Below, in pieces: positions 12,024 to 21,892 of a stretch of DNA of 36,208 nucleotides. A model generated the notes under the pieces. That model was not told where the DNA came from, searched no databases, and saw only the letters and a list, made by a program, of their open reading frames with translations. A program made the translations under genes and the position numbers. Origin of the DNA: Basidioascus undulatus (taxonomy: Eukaryota); NCBI GenBank assembly GCA_000826855.1, contig JTLS01000060.1, forward strand, positions 1 to 36,208. Reading direction: 5' to 3'. Numbering within the stretch: the stretch's first letter is position 1; every line of letters begins with the position of its first letter.

Positions 12024-14684
12024 TCAACGCTCCGCAGCTGTAACCACAGCAGGCACAACCAGACCTCTCCCGCCCTGATGCCACCGGTACGCGAGCGACC
12101 TCCGCCGCTTTGCTCGCTCCTCCTCGACGTCACCGCCGCGCTTCGCCCGCGCGAGCGCACCGCGCATGATCGTCCGCAGAACGCGCTGGTAATCCGAGGG
12201 CAGAGTAGCCATGCAGACCTCTAGAATGGCAATGGGACTTAGAATGAAAGGGTCCGGGGACGGCGCGAAGGGAAGACGCACCGAAAGTGCGTATGAGCAC
12301 CTCGCATGCTTTCGTGATGCGCGGGTCGGAGAATGGGGATTTGTGTTTGTCGAGGACAAGGACGAGGTGGAAAGATGGTTGGAGGAGAAAGGGGCCGAGA
12401 ATGAAGGGCGAGTAGGCGAGACCTGGGTCCGACGAAAGCACTCTTTCGGCCGCCTGCAGTGCCTCCCTCCGTTCAGCAAGCGATCGAGTCAAATGGCAAG
12501 AAGCATGAGGAGTACCTCCGCGACCTTCACGGCGTGCTCCGTCGCTTCCTGTTCTGACGCACTCATCTCACCCGATACCCAAAGCTCCGCCACCGCGGCC
12601 TCGTCCATGAGAAGCACCGGATCCCAGCCCCCGGGGGTCCCAACCCTGTCTAACAGCAGCCGACACGCATGCAGCCCGAGCGCAGCGTACTCTATGCCCG
12701 CTCCGCTATCACCGCCGCTGCCAGCGAGCTGCGCAAGGCTCATAGCGTAAGCGTCGAGGTGCGACCGAATCTGGGCCTTCGCGGGCGCAGCGACCGAAGC
12801 GCCGCCGCCGCTGGCTAATTTGATGAGAGGGTGCGAGAGGGCATGATGCAGATCGAGAAGCATTCCGAGGATCGTGCAGAGTGGGAGGAGAGCGCCGAAA
12901 AAGTCGGGGGAGGACGCGTGGACGGTCGGGCCGCGCGGTCGGGAAGTCGAAAGTTGGGTAAAATCGCTCGAGGAGGATTGCCAGAGGTTCTCGGGAGCAG
13001 GATGGAGTAGGGTCTGGCACTCGCTGTCGAGGAGGACGAGCGGCCGGTTGAACGCAAGGCCGAGAATGCGGTCAACCTGCGAGAAGCGCAAGGGAAATTA
13101 AATGGGCGTGAAGTGACAGCGAAGGAGGAGACCCACCATGTAAAGTAGCCAGAAAGTCCTTCTTCGCTCTGCTCGCTCCTCCTCGCCCATCGCGGCTCCC
13201 GCCTGCTCGACCTCGCGCCCAAGCTGGAGCTCCTTCGCGAGCATCCAAGCGCCCGTCCACCAGCGCAGGCTGACGCCCTTGTACTCGCTCGCGCTGAGGA
13301 CGGTTCCCAGCTGCACGTACGTGATCACGTCGTCGAGGCTGCCGCCGCCGCCGGACGGCAGGTCCTCGCCCTCCTGCGTCGGCCGGATGGCGGTCACGCC
13401 GTGCTGGAGCGGTTGGAGCGCCGAGACGCAAAGGTCGAATAGCGTCTGGATCATGCGCGCCCGGAGGACCGGAGACGCGATCAGCACGCCGTCGTCACAG
13501 TTGTACGCGCCGACGCAGAGCATCGCGTAGAGGAGCGTCGGCCGCGTCTTGCGCGGAGACGTCGGGTGGAGGATCGAGCATGGCCGAACGAGGTAGGCGA
13601 GCACTTGTGGCGGGTGTTGGAAGTAGGCGTCGAGGAGCCTGGAGGCGAGGGCGGGAGAGATTGAGGGCGAGGAGGAGGATAGGGTGGGGAAGAGATCGTG
13701 GAGGATGGGATAGCCCGATGTGTGGCCATCTGCTGAAAGGGGAGAGGCCTTTGCGACCGGCGAAAGGGAGGCTGTTGATGAAATAACGTTCAGCGGATCC
13801 CAGCATAAGATAATTGAGACCCAGCAATACGCACAATGTGGTTCGGCAGGTTGAAGCTGTTGCTGCAGCTGGTGGTGAGGGCTCGCTGGTGTGCTGAACG
13901 AGAAGTCCCAGGCCAGCAAGTTGATGCCGGAATCTGAGCGAGCAGGATGTTAAAAAAAATATCGGCCCAGGAATCTCACCCAACTCACTTTGCGCGGGAT
14001 CGAGGACATCGGACAAGTCGGGAGCGGCGAAGGGGAAGTTGAATGCAAGATTCGCAGGCGCGGGCTGAGCAGGGGTCGGCAGCTGAGGCGCCGGCGGTGG
14101 AGGCGGGGTGGGTAGTGGTTGTTGGTTGAGGTGAGGTTGAGTCTGGGGCGGGATGACCGATTGTTGAGCGTTGGTGTTCGAGGGGGAAGGGGAATCGCTC
14201 AGCGAGCTCGACGGGGAAGGCGCCGGCGGCGCCGCACCCGAAGGCGCTGTCGTCGAAACCCTGGCTGCTCTAGCGGCAGCGTCTTTTGTTGACGCTTTTC
14301 CGCGCTTCTTACGAGCGCGAACGTATTCGCATACGACCTTGGCGTCTGTGGAGGAATTGCTTCAGTAACGGCCTCGATCGGGAGGGCACACGCATACATT
14401 CAGGACAGACCTTGACACCGCTGACATGGGTGCAATCCATCGCTATTTGCCCTCCAAACAGCACCTTGTCACCTCTAGAGGACCATCTGACAGAGCGCAG
14501 ACCGTGAGCGCTCTCACCACTTGACTCGGCTCGCATTGCACGCATCGCACGCTCGAGAGATGCGCTGCCGCTTTGGCGGCGACGGTTGCGCCGGGTCTGC
14601 GCCGCTATCGCGGAGCAGCGATGCGGCGCTTGGTGGCTGGGAGGAGTGTAAAGGCGCAGATTGGGTAAGTGAAGCGGGAGACAT
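12024..14684 (-). CDS. xlnR-like: Zn(II)2Cys6 transcription activator of the XlnR/Xyr1/AraR family, multi-exon
   Basis: The spliced DNA-binding domain reads [47 protein letters not shown]. The middle region reads LDDVITYVQLGTVLSASEYKGVSLRWWTGAWMLAKELQLGRE...[42 protein letters not shown]. The C-terminus reads ATEHAVKVAEAAERVLSSDPGL...KACEVLIRTFEVCMATLPSDYQRVLRTIMRGALA...YRWHQGGRGL. All are colinear with XlnR as recalled. No disabling lesion seen. Confidence 0.92.
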
Positions 14685-15414
14685 GATGGTGGTTAAGGTC
14701 AAGCCAGATCCCAGGATCTCGGAGCGCAATTGATGGGCAGATGACCTCCGCTGCATGAACTGCAACTCCGACTGGTGTGCGGCCGGTCCGGCTTCCGATC
14801 AGGTCGCCGGTCAAACCTTGAGATGGCCATGGGCTGTCTCTAAGGACCTGACTTTTGTGCAAATAAAAGATTCGCATGGCTGTCTTTCCTAAGCTTTCGT
14901 GTTTCGATTGGGTAGCAGAGCCCGAACAAACGTGGATAGACATACACCGGGAGGCCGCGGGAGGCGAAGTTGTTGAAGAGCCCTTCTTCGCCAAGGAGTC
15001 ACGCTGGAGTATCCCGTCCCATCTTGCAACACCCTGGGTCGATCTATCTGAGTTGCATTCCGCTGGAAAGCTTGGGGGGAGTACAGATGGGAAAATAAAC
15101 TTCGACTCTTCTTACTCATCCGAACGCTAGTAGGAAACCGTTGAAAGCCGCGTCAGTCCGGCTGGGTCAGCCACGTCGGATTGTTACCGCCTCTTGGCTG
15201 AACTCATGATAGAACTTGTTCACATGTGCCAGTGGCATACGAGATACATATTCCTTGGTGAAGGTACTGGCAGACGCAGGAATATAGAAAGTGCAACTTG
15301 AAAATCCGAATGAAACTACTACTACAGAGACGCAGTCCTTGCGCTTTCATCGCCCTTCGAACTCGAGACTTGACTTCGTTACCGTTACTCAACCCTTGGC
15401 TTGTTCCAGGGGCC

Positions 15415-18253
15415 CTACTCCTTGTGCATCTCGCGATGCTCGACCTCGGGCTTCTCGGTCTCCGCCGTGGAACAACTAGCCTCGATGTCGTCGGCGCCCC
15501 GAGCCGCGAGCGCGCCGGCCACGCCTTGAACACCGCCCTGCGCCATGAGCCGCTGGAACTCCTTCTCCATGTTCCAGGCGAACATCGAGTCGGAAGCGAA
15601 GAGGAGGTCTGTGAGGAAAGCACCGTCAGAGTGAGTTTACTCCAGCGGGTTTGAAAGGTGCAGCCTACCCATCTCCTCGAGACTGCGCTTCGCCGTCTCG
15701 GGCCAGAAGCAGTAGATGACGGGGATCTGTGTATCGGTATCAGCTTTGTAGTGGAGTGGGGGTGACAATTACACTCACATATAGCAAGTTCAGCCCCGCG
15801 TACAGGTAGAAAGTGTTCTCTTGGACCGCATCGAACATGACAGGCGTGAAGAGCGTTCCTGCGCCGAACCCAACAGCCCACCCCGCTTCGATCGGGTATT
15901 CGAATCGTGATCAGCAAGACTCAAAAGCAGCGCAATATATATATTACATATGACTCACCAACACCGAAAGCGTTGCCCTTGGCACGGACCTATAGGAAGG
16001 CGTCAGCGTCGGTTGGATGGTTGGCTTCTTCGAGGAGGCTGACTTCGGTAGGGAAGATCTCAGCAGGACTGCATAAAAAGTGTCAGAGTCTTTTCCTGTT
16101 TGAAGAGCAGAAGACATGAGAAACGGCTCACAGAATGAACGGGACCATGAGCCAGGTAGAAGAGAAGACGAGGGTGAAGAGGAAGATGAACGCGGAAGAT
16201 CTGAAAGCGTTTCCATGGAACATCAGATACATCTTTCGCCTCATGAGTAAAGGAGCTTTAGACGCACGCAGCTCCGTACTGTGCCGCCTTGTCCGGGTTG
16301 TCGACGAGAAGGCGAGACAGTCCGCCGCTGAGGAACAGGCAGACGGCCTGACCGATGGCGCCGTAGAAGAGCGTCTTGCGTCGGCCGAGCTTGTCAATAT
16401 TGAAGGCATTTATCAAGGTGCCTAAGCGCCGATGGAATAGGCCCGTCAGTCGGAGAGCTTGGAGAAGGCACTTTCTGGTTGAAGTGACGACTGACCGAGG
16501 ATGCCGACGGAGTTGTTCAGAGCAGAAAGCCACTGCGCCTTATCCTCCGAGTAGCCAGCTTGGGAGAAGCTGTGAAATTATGTCAGCTGGAAGCTAGGGT
16601 TGGAACGAGACAATTACGGCGGAGGTTTACATCGTCGGGGAGTAGATAGTGGTCGCCGTGATGCCAGTGCCTGTCCGCACCGAACTGAGCATTTGGTTTT
16701 TAAAGCGGCGGTGAGCCCGTTGCGTACCAAACTGCATAAGAATTTGGATCCTGGAAAGCTCAATGGCATTAGGTGTGTAGACACTAAGCGAAGCCTGAGA
16801 GCACGTACCACGCCGCCAGCTGCACCCTGCGAGCCATGTGCAGCTTCCCCCATTTGTAACCCAAGAGCATTCCCAAATAGCTGTTCCGGATACCGCCGGA
16901 TCGTTCGCTCTCAACCATAGTGATGATGTCGTTGTACTCGCTCTTGACCGCCGGGTGGTTCTCGTCGCCGTCTCCACGAAGACGCGTCAGGATGAAGAGC
17001 GCCTCGTCTGCGCGACCCTGCTTGACGAGCCAGCGGGGCGATTCGGGGAGGAACCAGACCGATACGAAGAGGATAAGAGCAGGAATGACCTGGCAAGCTT
17101 GGGCTGAAGAATACGTAAGGAATCGCCAGCGTGTTTCACCGTCACTGAGGTGCCCATTTCACGTACGCAGCCGCCACCGGATCGGACCACGGCCGTCGCC
17201 GGAGAAGCTCATGCCATATCCAAGCCAGTCTGTTGGAAGGTCATGCCATTTGAACAGAGGACGAATGAACCACCTTATACCCTTGACTCACAGGCGACGA
17301 AGATGCCGCCGTAGTTCAGCAAGAAGATCAAGCACTGCAGCGGTAAATTGGATTAGCAACCTGGTAAAGACAGCCGTAATACGTGTACTTGACATACAAT
17401 CATGCGGCCTCGCTCTTCAGCAGCGGCAACCTCCGCCGACCAAGCGGGGGTAACCTGCCCAGGACTCAAAGTAAGCGTGCGCTGGTGAATCTGGATACAT
17501 TTAGTGAACGTACTGTCATCAAATACCCAACTCCTTGGCCCGTGATCACTCTAGCAACAATCATCCACTCCACTATGGAAACGGCAAGATGGGTGGTCAG
17601 CGTCTTCCACGTCCACACGAAGTTGAGTGTGCCGGCTGAACATACCATTCTGAGCGGACGCTTGGAGGGAACCCCCGAGACTAGTAAACGGAAAAGTTGA
17701 GTCAGTACGCTTCTATTGTTAGCTTCATTAAACTTACATGCACCACAGGCAACCAAGCGCGAGCGCTCGCCTGCGTCCGATTTTGTCTGCAAGCCAACCA
17801 CCGCTGCAGGCCCAAAGTTAGACGCCGCAACATGTGAGGCGACGAGCGCAATTGAGGTACCTAAAGCCGCCCACTGTCGGTCTATATCTCGTCAGAACAT
17901 AGCAGTCTGAGCGTGAGAGAGATTTTACTTGCCCAAGGCGCCCAGGTAGTACACGCAGACGACGCCACCCAGCTTGCTTGGTTTCCCTTCAAGGCCCATG
18001 GTCCTATTGGAGTAGAGTGTCAGCCAAGTCCATTCAGAGTACCCTCAAATAGACGGACTCGACGTAGTCCTGTTCAAAGTCGGTCAGCGTGAAGGGGAGT
18101 CCGAAGAAAGTGAAAGCTCACAGGAGAGATGTTGACGCCCCCCATGAGTCCTTGTGCATATCCCTCAAAAGAAATACTGCAGGCGGCAGCCGCATTCAGA
18201 GCGAAGAGTAGTTTTTTAGCGGACAGTGTCCGCCAGGCTTCGAAGATGCCCAT
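15415..18253 (-). CDS. MFS sugar porter (sugar:H+ symporter family), many exons
   Basis: ATG 18253 gives MGIFEAWRTLSAKKLLFALNAAAACSISFEGYAQGLMGGV. Further motifs: GGVVCVYYLG, GGWLADKIGRRRAL, WMIVARVITG, PESPRWLVKQGR, IDKLGRRKTLFYGAIGQ, AEIFPTEV, PETAKRSLEEMDLLFASDS. TAG at 15417-15415. Confidence 0.93.
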
Positions 18254-18357
18254 CGTCGCGACGGCTTGCTGGATGAGGCTGTGCGAGAGGCGCGCGGTCG
18301 CGTCGTGTAGAGAGTTAGGTACGTTTGCGCAAGGGGTCGTGAGACCGTAGAGGAAAT

Positions 18358-18396
18358 GTGGGGGAAATGTGGGGGGAAATTGTGGGGTAAGCGGGG
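18358..18396. promoter_or_regulatory. Four tandem CreA/Mig1-type SYGGGG boxes upstream of the sugar porter; also a canonical G-quadruplex pattern
   Basis: GTGGGG at 18358, 18369 and 18382 (each preceded by AAAT or AAATT) and GCGGGG at 18391, 105-143 bp upstream of the ATG. Confidence 0.6.
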
Positions 18397-18537
18397 CACT
18401 TTATCAAGGAAAGGCAAAGGAAAGGGCACGGGTCGGATCATCGATCACCGAGACAAGGGCAGTACCCCCTTGCGCAAGAGGCAGCATCTGCACCGCTTCG
18501 GCTGATGGTGGTCCACGCTGGTTTGGCTATACGTCAC

Positions 18538-18763
18538 TTAGCCGGGCAGAAGATCCATGTGAGAGCGGAAACCTGGCGGAAAATACGATGGTGTACTGCT
18601 ATCAGCCGCAAGATCGTCGCCCGAGCTCGCCAAATGTCGCCTTCCCAAGCCTTCCCAACGTTTCGGGCCCGGCAGCGGCTTCGCCTTTGTGCGGGCAGAA
18701 GGATCTTAGTGGCATTTACCCGGAGTACATAGGAAGGCAGTAGCATGGCTAAGGTCGGTTAAA
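18538..18763. promoter_or_regulatory. Cluster of XlnR/AraR-type sites in the sugar porter promoter
   Basis: CGGCTAA on minus (18538-18544), CGGGTAAA on minus (18715-18722), GGCTAA on plus (18747-18752), CGGTTAAA on plus (18756-18763). These match the GGCTAR and CGGNTAAW consensus sequences. Confidence 0.55.
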
Positions 18764-19362
18764 TCGACCCTGACACCGATTGCAGACGTTGTGTGGAGTA
18801 CGTATACTGCGAGGTCACGGGGTTTCGAGCAGCTTAAAGCGACAGGGCGTTGCCTGAACTTCGTTTTGATTTCGAGACGACCGTCTGTGGACCGCTCAGG
18901 CTGGCAGCAAGGCCTTCGGTCGAAAACTTTTGAAAAAATTTACTTGCTCTCTGAGAACCACTGCATTCAATACACTGCCGGCGGGCAGTGTTGACAGGCA
19001 GTAAAGGAGATGCACGACACACTTGTCGAGTTTCCCTGAAGGCGTTGAAGCCCGAACCTGAGCCAATGCCTGCGAAAGTAATATCCGCCGGGGAGAAAGC
19101 GCGTATAAGTAGTACAGGTGGGTTCTTGTCAATAAAGTCAGAGTAAAGCGGAATCTGTCATTACAGATCGATGAGCGAGAACGTCGTTGCTGCGCTTGGG
19201 AGTTCGCATGGCGGCAACTTGCTGCACGCTCATGAAGGGCAAAGTAGTGACAGGCGTTCTACAGTGGTACAATACAAGACACACTGAGGTTATGAAGCAG
19301 CGAAATACTCCTTCTAAGGTGAAGATACGGGACAAACTTTTGGTACACAACAGCGGGCGCCC

Positions 19363-21246
19363 TCAGTTCCGCCCTCCCTTCCCATCGTAGAACGAGATGA
19401 CAGCCTGGAGAGAGGTTTGGTCAGAGATATGATATTACTACATGAAAATATCGGAGTACTCACGTATTTGCCCGTCCTCGTCCACGTTCCATTGCTCTCC
19501 TCCACGACCTTCCGCATCTGCTCCTCGCTCGACAGCCCGACACACACATCCGCTTTGCACGTCCGAAGGCTGAGCACGCGGATACCATCCCACCTGTTAC
19601 CCGTCTCGTCCCCCTCGTCCGCACCAATCGCCTTCGGGAACGACGTTGTGTGGGGCCACATGCCGTCCGCAACAAGCTTGCGGTAGTTGAGGTCTCCCTT
19701 GAAGATGACGAGGTCGGACTTGGCGAGCTCTGCGTAGAGCGACGGCGCGAGGGCTTTCAACCGCCAGAAAGAGCCCTGAGTCTGCAGAATTGAAGGCGAC
19801 AGTCAGAATTGGCTGTAGAAGAAGAATACATCCATGTCGGGCTTACAGTCCAGAAGCCGTCGGAGTGCAGAGAAATTTTGCCGCTGTCGAAGAACGTCTG
19901 CCACCGCGAGCGCAAGAAATCGATCTCGGGACGCCGTACGAAGACAGCAGGGTCCTCGAGCAGCGAGAAGAGCGACTTGACGTCCCCAACGAGCACGTCC
20001 GAGACGAACCACGGGAAGTTCTTCGGGTGAAGGACGACGGAAGACGCGTAGCCGGCCTCGAGGAGGTAGGTCGCGAAGATGAGGTCGGCGTAGAGCTCGA
20101 AGCCTAATAATTATGGGTAAGTTATCAATAAGTCCTGTGAAAAATGAAGCAAACAGCTGGAAGCGCACCTGCGTTGTCCAGCACGATGTCGATCCGACCG
20201 CCTTGCAGGCCCTTCATGACATTCCAGACGCTGTCCGTGTCATCGGAGACAATGTTCTTGCGCGATTCTGTGAGATATTGTCAACACTGGGAAAATTCAA
20301 GCCGAAGCTTGAGTGATCGCGTACCTTGGATGGCGGCCTTGCCCTGCAGCTTCTTGATGTCCTCGAAGGACAGGTTCGTCAACAACGACAAGTCGGTACC
20401 GTTGCCCCACAGCGCAATTTGAAGCATGTCGTCCTTTGCGGGAATGGCCGTCAAAACAATTTACAACAAGGAAATACTTCGAACAATATTCACGAAAAGT
20501 AGGCTCTGGGCCACCGGATCAGCCGCAGCCGCCTTGTGCTGCTCAAGCTCGCCGACCAACTCGGTGTAGCGCGCGGCGAGCTCCTCGACGGCCGCCTTCG
20601 ACTGGATGAACGCCGCGTCCTTCTGGCGCGCGAAGATGTCGTAGCGGGACCAAAAAGCGCCCGCGAGAGCGAAGAAGGTCCGGAGCAATCGATACATGTA
20701 ACACTCTGCAGGAAACGTCAGCAGAGGACAGAGGCTGCACGACAGAATGTCAAGGTGGCCCAAGACTCACCCGTGAAGAGCCATGGTGCATCGGCCCAGC
20801 GCGCGGTCGCAAGGAACTTCAACTCGGCGTTGTAAGAAGCAATGTCCTCGGCGCCGTCGTCTTCGAGAGGACTGGGGGAATGTAAGTAAGAAGTAAGAAC
20901 GAGCTGCAACATTGAGGTTGCATTTCAGGATACACCTCAGAAGGTCGTTGGCCTCGATCGCCTTCGCGACATTCTCGATTCGAGCAGCGAGATTGCGACC
21001 CTTATCCTCGTCCTCAGCATAGAGGGCCCCCTCGTCGACAGTCTTGAGGACATCCGCCGCGGCCTGCCGAATGATGACCGACCAGCGCGTGGTGGCAGTG
21101 ATGTGCGCGAAGCTGGTCGTGTCCCCGGTGTGGGAACCGGCTGCACATTACAGGCATCAGTGCGCTGTTGAATAAAAGTAGCGTACACAATTGAAATACA
21201 TACCAACCTCGCAGTCGGAGGGAATGAACTTGATCGGGCGAGTCAT
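19363..21246 (-). CDS. ARMT1-like: DUF89/ARMT1-family metal-dependent sugar-phosphate phosphatase (YMR027W-like damage-control phosphatase), multi-exon
   Basis: ATG 21246. Motifs: SFAHITATTRWSVII, WADAPWLFTECYMYRLL, YDIFARQK, IALWGNGTDLSLL, RIDIVLDNAGFELYADL, LHPKNFPWFVSDV, DLVIFKGDLNYRKLVAD, LRTCKADVCVGL, WTRTGKYAVISF. TGA 19365-19363. Confidence 0.95.
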
Positions 21247-21892
21247 GGGCGACGAAGCGAATTGAACGGTGAGGAGTGTTTGCGATGGCAAGAAACGATG
21301 TCGAAGCAGATGGCGCTGTCGGATCAAGTTCAAGGTGGTTCGGAACTCCGGTTCCCAAATTTCAGGGGAAATGGCGGCACTTCGGAACTGAAGCTCGAAA
21401 AAATGGGGCAAAAGCCGGACGCTGTGAGGCAGGAGGGTATTTACCCTCAATTTACCCGGCTGCCGACTTGCAGCCTTGCAGCCCGTCACTCAAAGCCGAC
21501 TGCTCATTGACGTTCGGGCCGACCTTGAGGAAGTAACGCCAGAAGCTTCAATTCAGCTTGCCGATAACCCAACACATGATCGCTTCCTCGCGGTGACACG
21601 GTTGTGACTGGCGCCCTGAGCCACGAGCCCGGCGACATGCCGCCGCCGCCATGCGTGCAACCGCCACTTCTTACGATGTTGAGCCCCACCAGGAAGCCAA
21701 TCTTGTTCCGAGCGGCTTACCGGTATATGCCGAAATACTGTCGGACGCCGGTGGCTACAGGACCGGCTCCTCTTAAGGACTCTGACCGTCTCTTCCTTCC
21801 TTCCCTTCTCCACAAAAACACTCTCGATCTGCACTTCGCCTACCTCTACTTAATACTCTACATCCAACCGCATCTACCTCAGCTCCACCAAC
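21247..21892. promoter_or_regulatory. 646-bp divergent (bidirectional) promoter between the phosphatase and the kinase
   Basis: Head-to-head ATGs at 21246 (-) and 21893 (+). Contains ATTTACCCGG (21450-21459; CGGGTAAA on minus), TTCGGAACT twice (21339, 21381) and many CGG/CCG triplets. Confidence 0.7.

Noticed and set aside
12489..12525. Apparent premature stop in the XlnR-like gene (ORF ends LLAI*)
   Set aside because: The stop lies inside a GTACTC...CTGCAG intron; splicing restores KVAEAAERVLSSDPGL.
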